From Geotalea daltonii FRC-32 (GTDB taxonomy: Bacteria > Desulfobacterota > Desulfuromonadia > Geobacterales > Geobacteraceae): a stretch of DNA of 32,000 bases. Each line of letters starts with the position of its first letter. The first letter of the stretch is position 1. Below, piece after piece: positions 8,596-16,327 of this stretch. The notes under the pieces were generated by a model. The model worked only from the letters and a program-made list of their open reading frames with translations. It was not told where the DNA came from and ran no database searches. The translations under genes and the position numbers were made by a program. The DNA is taken from positions 300,001 to 332,000 of the forward strand of contig NC_011979.1 of the NCBI RefSeq assembly GCF_000022265.1. Reading direction: 5' to 3'.

Positions 8596-9945
8596 ATGAC
8601 TGAGGCAAAGAAACCGATGAAGAAACCACGGGGCAAGGCGCGGGTCGTCGAGGGCAAATGCATTGCCTGTGGCGCCCGGTGCGAAAGCTCCTGCCCGGTA
8701 AACTCCATAGAGATGAGCGACGGAGGCGAACCTGCGGTTCTTGCCGAGAAATGCATCGGCTGCGAAAAGTGCATCAAGGTCTGCCCTGCCTCCGCCCTGG
8801 AGATGTTCTATTCGCCGGAGGATCTGGAGCTGCTCAAGCAGTGGGATAAGGAGCATGGGCCCGCCGGTGAAGAGATCAGTGACGAGGAGAAGCAGCTCAG
8901 GGAAATGCTGGCACGTTACCGGGGCGTCTGGGTTTTCATCGAGCAATACGATGGAGAAGCGGCCAAGGTTTCATGGGAACTCCTGGGGACAGGGGCCGGC
9001 CTGGCAAAGACCCTCGGTGTTGAACTTTCTGCGGTGGTTATTGGTGATCATGTGGGACATATCTGCGGCGAAGCCTTCGCCTACGGTGCCGATCAGGCCA
9101 TTCTGCTCGATTCACCGGTCTATGCCAACTACCGCACCCAGCCCTATGCCGATGCCATCTGCCATTTGGTGGAGAAGCACCGGCCGGAAGTGATTCTCAT
9201 GGGAGCGACCGGACAGGGGCGCGACCTGGCAGGGGCGGTGGCGACCGTGGTCAAGACCGGCCTGACTGCAGACTGCACCGGGCTCGGCATCGACGACAAG
9301 CGGAACCTGATGCAGACCAGGCCGGCTTTCGGCGGCAACATCATGGCCACCATCATGTGCGACAAGTTCAGACCGCAGATGGCCACCGTCCGTCCACACG
9401 TGATGCAGATGCCGGAACGGAAGGAAGGCAGGATCGGCAGGGTTGTCCGCGAGACATTTGCACCCCGGGAAGAGGATGTGCTGGTCAAGGTCATCGAGGT
9501 CCTGAATGACAAGGACGGCAAGGATCAGGTGGATGTGGCTGCTGCCGAGATCATCGTTTCCGGCGGTCGCGGCCTGATGAACAAGGAAAACTTCTCCATG
9601 CTCCAGCAACTGGCTGACGAACTCGGCGGGGTGGTGGGCGCTTCGCGTAGCGCAGTAGATGCTGGCTGGATGCCCCACGGCCGCCAGGTTGGGCAGACCG
9701 GCAAGACGGTGAGGCCGAAGATCTATATTGCCTGCGGCATCTCCGGTGCCATCCAGCACATGGTCGGCATGCAGGATTCCGATGTGATCATCGCCATCAA
9801 TCGCGACCCCGAGGCTCCCATTTTCCAGATTGCCACCTACGGCATCGTCGGCGATCTGTTCCAGGTTGTCCCGGCATTGATCGGCAGAGTGCGCAGTATG
9901 AAGTCCCAGCGCGGCGGTACAGAGCCCGAGCGGGTCGCCGTCTGA
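8596..9945 (+). CDS. etfA: electron transfer flavoprotein alpha subunit with an N-terminal 2x[4Fe-4S] ferredoxin domain
   Basis: The N-terminus has CIACGARCESSCP and CIGCEKCIKVCP. The remainder is ETF-alpha, with the FAD-binding signature PKIYIACGISGAIQHMVGM. Confidence 0.9.
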   Translation: MTEAKKPMKKPRGKARVVEGKCIACGARCESSCPVNSIEMSDGGEPAVLAEKCIGCEKCIKVCPASALEMFYSPEDLELLKQWDKEHGPAGEEISDEEKQLREMLARYRGVWVFIEQYDGEAAKVSWELLGTGAGLAKTLGVELSAVVIGDHVGHICGEAFAYGADQAILLDSPVYANYRTQPYADAICHLVEKHRPEVILMGATGQGRDLAGAVATVVKTGLTADCTGLGIDDKRNLMQTRPAFGGNIMATIMCDKFRPQMATVRPHVMQMPERKEGRIGRVVRETFAPREEDVLVKVIEVLNDKDGKDQVDVAAAEIIVSGGRGLMNKENFSMLQQLADELGGVVGASRSAVDAGWMPHGRQVGQTGKTVRPKIYIACGISGAIQHMVGMQDSDVIIAINRDPEAPIFQIATYGIVGDLFQVVPALIGRVRSMKSQRGGTEPERVAV

Positions 9946-9981
9946 TTTCCCTGTTACCGGAAGAGATTTAGCGAGGTTACC

Positions 9982-11964
9982 ATGTCAAACACCACAATAT
10001 TCATACCGCTCTTCATCGTTGCCAGCCTCACCTTCATCTACAGCTGCTATCAAAGGCTGCAGCTGGTCGCCGTCGGCAGCGCCGAAGAGCGCTTAGATAA
10101 CCCCTTGTCCAGGTTGGCAGGCACCTTTGCCTATGCTTTCGGACAGAAAAGGGTGCTGGCTCGCCCCTATGGGGTCAATCATTTCTTTCTTTTCTGGGCA
10201 TTCATGTTCCTGCTCGTTGCCAACGTGGAGTTCCTGCTGGAAGGGCTCTTTCCCGGGATAAGTCTGTCGGCTCTGCCCGCCCCCCTCTACCACGTTCTGG
10301 AGCTGATCTTCGATCTGGTGTCGCTGGTTGCCCTGGCGTGCGTGGCTGTGGCCTTTATTCGCCGGTTATTTTTCGCTCCGGCCTACCTGGAGAATGATTA
10401 CACCAAGGCGAGAAGCGGTGAAGCGCTGCTGATCCTGGCCATGATCGCCACCCTGATGCTGGCCTTCTTCTTCATGAATGGAGCAAAGCTCGTTCAAGGG
10501 GGAGATGGGATCTGGCAGCCGGTATCGGCCTTCTTCGGCAGCCTGCTCGTCGGTCTTCCCCCTTCGGCCCTGGAGAGTGTGGCCGGCGCAGCCTGGTGGG
10601 TGCATGCGGTAGTGCTGCTGGTTTTCCTCAACCTGTTACCGCGCAGCAAGCATATGCACATTCTCACCGCCATCCCCAACTGCTATTTCCGCAGCCTGGA
10701 AAAGCCCAATGTCCAGCCGCGGGAGACCTTCAAAAAAGGTGAACGTTACGGGGTCAGCCAAGTGGAGCAATTCACCTGGAAAGATCTCTTCGACAGCATG
10801 ACCTGTACCGAATGCGGCCGCTGCCAGGATCTCTGCCCGGCCCATAACACCGGCAAGCCCCTCAATCCCAGGCGCATCGTCCACGATATCAAGCTGAACC
10901 TTTTCGGCAATGCTTCTGCCCTGAAAGAGGCGCAGCAAGGCAAAACTCCTTTGATAGGCGAGGCCGGGGAGGGAACCATCTCCGAGGAAGCCCTCTGGTC
11001 GTGTACCACATGCGGGGCCTGTCTCTCGGTCTGTCCGGTGCTCATCGAGCATATGCCGAAAATCGTCAAGATGCGCCGCCACCTGGTGGAAGAGAAGGCG
11101 AAGTTTCCCGAGGAACTGCTCAACCTTTTCGAAAATATGGAGCAGCGCAGCAACCCCTGGGGCATTGCACCGTCCGAGCGGACCAAATGGAGCACCCAGC
11201 TGGGTGAACGCCCCTTCAAAGCGGGTGAAACCGAATATCTTTTCTTTGTCGGCTGTGCCGGCGCCTTTGACAGCCGCAACAAGCACGTCACAGTAGCTCT
11301 GGCGACACTGCTCGACGCAGCCGGGGTCACCTGGGGCATCCTGGGCAAGGACGAAAAATGTTGCGGCGACAGTGTGCGGCGTCTCGGCAATGAGTTCGTC
11401 TTTGACAGGATGGCCAGCGAGAATGTGGCTACCTTCAAGGAACGGGGGGTAACGAAGATTGTCACCCAGTGCCCCCACTGCTTTAGCACCCTGAAAAACG
11501 ACTATCGGCAGTATGGGCTTGAGGTGGAAGTGCTGCACCACAGCCAGCTCATAGCGCAGTTGGTCCGGGACGGAAAACTGAAGGCCGCCAAAGCAGCAAA
11601 TATGGGCAAGGTGGTATTCCACGACTCCTGTTACCTGGGTCGCCACAATGACACCTTCGAGGCGCCCCGTCAGGTTATCGCCGCCGCCACCGGCCAAGCT
11701 CCGGGAGAATTCGGCCGCAATCGGGAAAGTGCCTTCTGCTGCGGCGCCGGTGGCGGGCGCATGTGGATGGAAGAGCAGACCGGCACCAGGATCAATCTTG
11801 AGCGGGTCAAGGAAGCCCTGCAACAGCAACCGGACACCCTTTGCGTCAGTTGTCCATACTGCATGACCATGCTGGAGGACGGCCTGAAGGACGAGGGGGC
11901 AAACCAGGTAAGGGTGAAGGATATTGCAGAGGTCATGGCCGAAAGCCTGAGACCGAATGCATAG
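9982..11964 (+). CDS. second membrane-anchored Fe-S oxidoreductase, paralog of 2947-4935
   Basis: 660 aa with the same architecture. It has a hydrophobic N-terminal domain, CTECGRCQDLCP, CTTCGACLSVCP, KCCGDS, FCCGAGGG, CPHC and CPYC. It is collinear by eye with the first copy across the soluble half. Confidence 0.8.
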   Translation: MSNTTIFIPLFIVASLTFIYSCYQRLQLVAVGSAEERLDNPLSRLAGTFAYAFGQKRVLARPYGVNHFFLFWAFMFLLVANVEFLLEGLFPGISLSALPAPLYHVLELIFDLVSLVALACVAVAFIRRLFFAPAYLENDYTKARSGEALLILAMIATLMLAFFFMNGAKLVQGGDGIWQPVSAFFGSLLVGLPPSALESVAGAAWWVHAVVLLVFLNLLPRSKHMHILTAIPNCYFRSLEKPNVQPRETFKKGERYGVSQVEQFTWKDLFDSMTCTECGRCQDLCPAHNTGKPLNPRRIVHDIKLNLFGNASALKEAQQGKTPLIGEAGEGTISEEALWSCTTCGACLSVCPVLIEHMPKIVKMRRHLVEEKAKFPEELLNLFENMEQRSNPWGIAPSERTKWSTQLGERPFKAGETEYLFFVGCAGAFDSRNKHVTVALATLLDAAGVTWGILGKDEKCCGDSVRRLGNEFVFDRMASENVATFKERGVTKIVTQCPHCFSTLKNDYRQYGLEVEVLHHSQLIAQLVRDGKLKAAKAANMGKVVFHDSCYLGRHNDTFEAPRQVIAAATGQAPGEFGRNRESAFCCGAGGGRMWMEEQTGTRINLERVKEALQQQPDTLCVSCPYCMTMLEDGLKDEGANQVRVKDIAEVMAESLRPNA

Positions 11965-11976
11965 CAGGGACACCTG

Positions 11977-11991
11977 TGGCACAGCCTCTGC
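11977..11991 (+). promoter_or_regulatory. candidate sigma-54 (-24/-12) promoter upstream of the IclR gene
   Basis: TGGCACAGCCTCTGC has a perfect TGGCAC -24 box and correct GG-N10-GC spacing. The -12 box is CTGC rather than TTGC. It lies 86 nt upstream of the ATG at 12077. Confidence 0.3.
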
Positions 11992-12076
11992 TGCGCCTTG
12001 CCCGGTGGCCTCAATCAAACGAAAAAAAAGACCATCCATGAGTTATCCATCCTCAGGCAAAAATGGATAGAGGGAT

Positions 12077-12916
12077 ATGACCATGGCCAAGAATGTGAAA
12101 AAAAAGAATTATACCATTCGCTCAGTGTCCAACGCCTTCGATCTCCTCGAACAGTTCCACGGCGATGTGTCCGAGATGGGCCTCACCGATCTCAGCCAAA
12201 ATCTGCAGCTGACAAAGAACAATGTCTTCCGATTGCTGGCAACCCTGCAGTCGCGCCATTACGTGGAACATGATTCCCACACGGAAAAATACCGCCTGGG
12301 TTTCAAGACGGTAGAGTTGGGACAGACGGTGATCCGCCAGCGGGGACGACTTAACAACTCCAGGGAAATCATCGAGGAACTGGTCAAGGAATGTAATGAG
12401 ACCGTCTGCGTCTCGGTAATGAAAGACTTCTGCAGCGTCAACCTGGACGTGGTGGAGTGCGATCATCCACTGCGGGTCATCCCCCGCATCGGTGTGCGGC
12501 TTCCTGCCTATTGCACTGCGGCAGGCAAATCCCAGATCGCCTATTTTGCCGACGACATCCTCAAGAAGTATCTCAGCGAAAATCAGCTACAGCCCCATAC
12601 CGAAAACACCATCATCATTCCCGAGCAATTGAAGAGGCACCTGCGGGAAGTGGCCAGTCAGGGCTATGCCATCGAGAATGAGGAGCTGGACATCGGCGTG
12701 GTCAGTGTCGCAGCCCCCATCCGCGATTACATGTCCAGGATCATCGGCGCGGTCACCCTGCTTGGCCCGTCCCAAAGGCTTTCCACAAAGCTCATGGAAA
12801 GCACCTTCATTCCGCTGGTCATGAAAGGCGCCGGGGAAATCTCCGCCAAGCTGGGCTACTGCGGCGGCCAGGCCGAGGAAATCCATCCGGTACTTCTGGG
12901 AAGGGCGCAGGGCTGA
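12077..12916 (+). CDS. IclR-family transcriptional regulator
   Basis: The N-terminal winged HTH is SVSNAFDLLEQF...LTDLSQNLQLTKNNVFRLLATLQ. The C-terminal IclR effector domain includes ELDIGVVSVAAPIRD...GAVTLLGPSQRL. The start could instead be the ATG at 12083. Confidence 0.85.
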   Translation: MTMAKNVKKKNYTIRSVSNAFDLLEQFHGDVSEMGLTDLSQNLQLTKNNVFRLLATLQSRHYVEHDSHTEKYRLGFKTVELGQTVIRQRGRLNNSREIIEELVKECNETVCVSVMKDFCSVNLDVVECDHPLRVIPRIGVRLPAYCTAAGKSQIAYFADDILKKYLSENQLQPHTENTIIIPEQLKRHLREVASQGYAIENEELDIGVVSVAAPIRDYMSRIIGAVTLLGPSQRLSTKLMESTFIPLVMKGAGEISAKLGYCGGQAEEIHPVLLGRAQG

Positions 12917-13102
12917 TCACTGCGCCCCCAGAGCTCCATTTATCCTTTTCACACACAGTAGTTCCTTCCTGATAAGTCTATACAAACAAATTCATTTTAA
13001 TAGTCGGACGTGGTATAACAGCCACAAGCTCTGACCCTGTGAAGACGGTGTCAATACGTACAGCGCGGCCAATATTCCTGAATTCTTTAGGGGGTAATCT
13101 CC

Positions 13103-13441
13103 ATGCTCAAAGATATGAAAACGCAGACGCACCTGAAACCGGGGCAGAAGGGTACGAAGCGTCTTGTGGAGAAATATGGCGAATCGCTCCTTTGCATCGG
13201 TATCAGTACGATGAAAAGCGAGGGATTCGTTTAAAGACCGTCGAGATCATTGTGGAGGAAAGCCCCGGCAAGCGTTCCTCACGGCATCATGATGAAGATG
13301 TCGTCCCCGTAATCGTCGCATATACGGAGAAAGCACTTGAAGACAGCAGGTGGCAGGTGGGACCCACAGGGAAAGGTCTGGCTTGTCCAATATGGCCTAA
13401 TTCGCGGCACAGAGTTGGAAGAGAGAATGTTGAAGGATTGA
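13103..13441 (+). pseudogene. frameshifted small plasmid/ICE-type gene (LKPGQKGTK...RYxYDE...GGRWDPxxKxW family)
   Basis: Frame A from 13103 reads MLKDMKTQTHLKPGQKGTKRLVEKYGESLLCI. The sense then continues in frame B as RYQYDEKRGIRLKTVEIIVEE...VVPVIVAYTEKAL, while frame A hits TAA at 13232. It returns to frame A near 13340 as KTAGGRWDPQGKVWLVQYGLIRGTELEERMLKD*. Confidence 0.6.
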
Positions 13442-13454
13442 AAAGAATGCATTA

Positions 13455-13599
13455 CCGATATAGGGAACAGGTTACCTATACAAGGAACAAATGGACAACA
13501 GGCAGAATGGTCAAAAGATGCCTATATAGGGAACTATGGCGGTTGCCTATATAGGTTACAAACTCCTTATATAGGGAACCGGTTGCTTATATAAGTAAC
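13455..13599 (+). repeat. iteron-like array: six direct copies of a ~14-bp site with a palindromic core CYTATATARG
   Basis: The copies start at 13455 (ccgatatagggaac), 13475 (cctatacaaggaac), 13521 (cctatatagggaac), 13546 (cctatataggttac), 13566 (cttatatagggaac) and 13586 (cttatataagtaac). Three of the five intervals are exactly 20 bp. Alternate copies are preceded by GGTTRC. Confidence 0.75.
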
Positions 13600-13668
13600 T
13601 TACTCTAACTGGTCAATAACTAGTTGAAACATTAAACCAACTGACAAATCAAAAATCAGGAGGGGTTT

Positions 13669-14073
13669 ATGAACATTGAGTACAAATACACACAAGATTT
13701 TGAACAGAGCCAATTACAAGACCTTTTTCTTTCTGTCCAATGGTCATCTGGACAGTACCCAGACAAGTTGCAAATCGCCATGAAGAACTCGGACTGCGTT
13801 ATTTCAGCTTGGCATGGAGACACCTTGGTCGGACTCATAAATGCACTTTCAGATGGTGTGATGACAGCCTACTTTCACTATCTCCTTGTGCGTCCAGAGT
13901 ATCAATCCCAAGGCGTCGGAAAACAGCTCGCCTCCCTCGCTCTGAGCAAGTATAACGACTACGCTCGGAAAGTACTCATTGCATATGATAAAGAAGTTGG
14001 ATTCTACCAAGGATTAGGATTCGAGATCGGCACAGGAAAAACTCCTATGTTTGTCACGTACTTGACAACATAA
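13669..14073 (+). CDS. GNAT-family N-acetyltransferase
   Basis: 134 aa. Acetyl-CoA binding motif A is LLVRPEYQSQGVGKQL, and it ends with YQGLGFE. An AGGAGGGG SD is present. The codon usage is AT-rich, unlike the flanking core genes. Confidence 0.85.
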   Translation: MNIEYKYTQDFEQSQLQDLFLSVQWSSGQYPDKLQIAMKNSDCVISAWHGDTLVGLINALSDGVMTAYFHYLLVRPEYQSQGVGKQLASLALSKYNDYARKVLIAYDKEVGFYQGLGFEIGTGKTPMFVTYLTT

Positions 14074-14131
14074 TCCGACAAAATTAACGGTGTAGACGGA
14101 TCGTGAGCTATTTGTTAACCGGCTTGTCGGT

Positions 14132-14977
14132 TTGTTGAAATCTACCGGAACCGAATGTCTTGCATGGGCGCTTATCCCCAACCATTTCCATCTTCTGCTC
14201 CGTGCCGGCAATAGCGGCCTGCCAAATTTTATGAGACGGCTATTGACCGGCTATGCGATCACCTTCAATAAACGACATAACCGTGTCGGACATCTTTTTC
14301 AGAACCGCTACAAATCGATAGTTTGTGAAGAAGACCCATACCTTCTCGAACTGGTTCGTTACATACATCTGAACCAGCTGCGGGCGCGGATCGTAAAGAG
14401 TCTGGCCGAGCTAGACCGATATCCGTGGAGCGGTCACGCCGTAATCATTGGAAATCAGCAGTTGGAAGGAGAGCAAACGGAAGAGATTCTTGCTTATTTC
14501 GGCAAGCGCAAGAAAACGGCAATGAGCAAATATCGACAATTCGTTGCAGACGGCATAGGGCAGGGACGGCGTTCAGACCTGATTGGCGGCGGGTTGCGGC
14601 GCAGTCGGGGAAACACCATTGCGAGAGAACAAGTGGAAAGTTTCGACGAGCGGGTGCTAGGAAGCAGTGAATTTGTCGAATACCTGAGAAAAGAAAAGAA
14701 CATGCATGAGCGCTTGTCTTCAGGCTTGTCACTGGAACGCGTTGCCGAAAGCTTTGGCCTGACAGCAGATTCGCTGAGGAGAAGTGGTCGCATGCCACAG
14801 GTAGTAGAAGCGCGAGGAATGGTCTGCTATTTTGCGGTGCGAGAATTGGGCAAGAGTGGGACAGAGGTAGGTTCAGTTCTTAACATGAAGAGATCTGGAG
14901 TGTGTCTGGCGGCAAGGCGTGGTGAGAAGATAGTAGAGGAAAAACCGGAGATAAGGGAAAGGGTATTGGGGTGCTAG
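14132..14977 (+). CDS. IS200/IS605-like (REP-associated, RayT-like) HUH/Y1 transposase homolog with a C-terminal DnaA-C-like HTH, apparently 5'-truncated
   Basis: The HUH motif is LIPNHFHLLL and the Tyr motif is GHLFQNRYKS. The C-terminus resembles the DnaA C-terminal HTH (ERVAESFGLT...EARGMVCYFAVRELGKSGTEVGSVLNMKRSGV). The ORF begins with TTG just before the HUH strand and an in-frame TAA sits at 14117. The usual ~50-aa N-terminal beta-strands (YHV..RG) are therefore missing. Confidence 0.7.
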   Translation: MLKSTGTECLAWALIPNHFHLLLRAGNSGLPNFMRRLLTGYAITFNKRHNRVGHLFQNRYKSIVCEEDPYLLELVRYIHLNQLRARIVKSLAELDRYPWSGHAVIIGNQQLEGEQTEEILAYFGKRKKTAMSKYRQFVADGIGQGRRSDLIGGGLRRSRGNTIAREQVESFDERVLGSSEFVEYLRKEKNMHERLSSGLSLERVAESFGLTADSLRRSGRMPQVVEARGMVCYFAVRELGKSGTEVGSVLNMKRSGVCLAARRGEKIVEEKPEIRERVLGC

Positions 14978-15067
14978 CAAACCTTACTTCGCCCTTTACT
15001 TCCCCGTCCCCTTTACTTCAATGACAATGATCAAAGGTGGTAAGGCAGATTTGAGCCTCCATCAATG

Positions 15068-15778
15068 TCAACCTTCCCTGGCGCCGGGGCATTTACTCTG
15101 CAGGAGTTTTGACAGTTCCGTCATTTGCATTGGGGTTGTCTCTTCAACCTTGACTCCTATACCTGGAATAGTCAGCTGTTCTCCCCAAGCCAACTTCCAG
15201 CATATGACAGCCTTGATGGGAGTCTGATCTGAAAACTCGTGAATTTTCAGCCAAACCGTTTGGCCGTTTTCCAAGGGCCCTACCGTATGCAGGAAGCAGC
15301 CCCCTTTTGAGACGTTGACGGTAAATGTTTTTTCCGTCAGGCCTTCAGGGAAAGATGGGTCCGGCGACAAGAGTATATTCAAAATCAGCTCTTTGCGGGG
15401 ATACATCCGCAATCTTCTCGACCTGAATGGCCTGCATTTTTCTTCAATGAATGTCCTGAGCGCTGCGACTGATTCGGTCTCGGACATCTGCCCAAGCAGG
15501 GAAAGGCTGATCGACTTATGCCGCGTGTCCCATTTGACGTGCGTGGCGGGAAAAAAATTCATCAGTTCATAGGCAATCCTCTTTTCGTCTTTCCCGGCGC
15601 GAACCAGGGTCAGCATGTCAACAATCATGCCATTGTATGCTTCTTTACGTACCATGGATGAAAGGTGGCGAAACGAGGAAGCAACGTCATAATTCACGCC
15701 GATCTGTTCCAGTGCCAGCCCATAAGCGTCCATGGCTTCCCCCTCCCTTGAGACGACCAGGACTTTGAGTGACTCCAT
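15068..15778 (-). CDS. PilZ-domain (c-di-GMP-binding type) protein with a degenerate receiver-like N-terminal domain
   Basis: I prefer the ATG at 15778 (MESLKVLVVS), preceded by GGAG, over the track start at 15955. The PilZ motifs are RSRRLRMYPR (RxxxR) and NVSKGG (D/NxSxxG). The N-terminal alpha/beta domain lacks the DD acidic pair. Confidence 0.75.
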   Translation of the reverse strand: MESLKVLVVSREGEAMDAYGLALEQIGVNYDVASSFRHLSSMVRKEAYNGMIVDMLTLVRAGKDEKRIAYELMNFFPATHVKWDTRHKSISLSLLGQMSETESVAALRTFIEEKCRPFRSRRLRMYPRKELILNILLSPDPSFPEGLTEKTFTVNVSKGGCFLHTVGPLENGQTVWLKIHEFSDQTPIKAVICWKLAWGEQLTIPGIGVKVEETTPMQMTELSKLLQSKCPGAREG

Positions 15779-16327
15779 CTTTGATACTCCGTTGATTACC
15801 CTGCAGTTTTGGAATATGAACGGCTTTCCCCCGCCTGCTATTGCAGCCATTATGCCAGCTGCGAAAGCAGAGGAGCACCTTCTACTCTGCCGCGTTTGAT
15901 AACAGATATTCCTATGGTATCGGTAAGAAGATTGGAAACTTGAACGTTTTGTCACGCCTTTTCACATGTTCATGCCACTGAGAAGAAACTGTTAATATTG
16001 CCGAAGTCCCATTTCATCTGCTTATCCCTTTCCGTTCTCAGAGTAAAAGTCAGTTAAAAGGCGAATTTATTAGCATTGATCTTCCGCTTTGACTTTATAC
16101 CAAGTTCCCTCTCTATGAGGGATAGGGGTAGGGTGAGGGGGGAATCACTTGGATTCATCGAGTTTCTGCGCCCCCTCAGTCATCCCGGCAGGATATCTGA
16201 CTGTTGCAGGGGGCAAGGTCGTGGTATGGGACTTCCGCTTTTTGGTATTCAAGTAATCTCATTTGTTGCCGATAAATTAATGAGTTTTACGTTGAAACAG
16301 CACTGCCTGTGGAGGTAAGCTGTCGCC

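Noticed and set aside
7603-8946. 447-aa minus-strand ORF spanning etfB and the start of etfA
   Set aside because: It is a mirror ORF of two strongly recognisable + strand genes in high-GC DNA. Its composition is low-complexity and Arg/Gly/Leu/Asp-rich, with no motif, no SD and no plausible start context.
13039-13554. 171-aa + strand ORF from the track
   Set aside because: It is a chimeric reading. Only its middle (RYQYDEKRGIRLKTVEIIVEE...) is family-like, being frame B of the frameshifted pseudogene. Its 3' third simply translates the iteron-like repeats.
16076-16318. 80-aa + strand ORF upstream of the kinase gene
   Set aside because: It translates the G-rich tract (RDRGRVRGE). It has no SD and ends just before the real kinase start.
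16000-16327. Possible c-di-GMP (GEMM) riboswitch near the PilZ and kinase genes
   Set aside because: There is no ACGCAAAGC-like core and no paired GNRA/receptor hairpins. The only structure seen is the G-rich tract reported separately.
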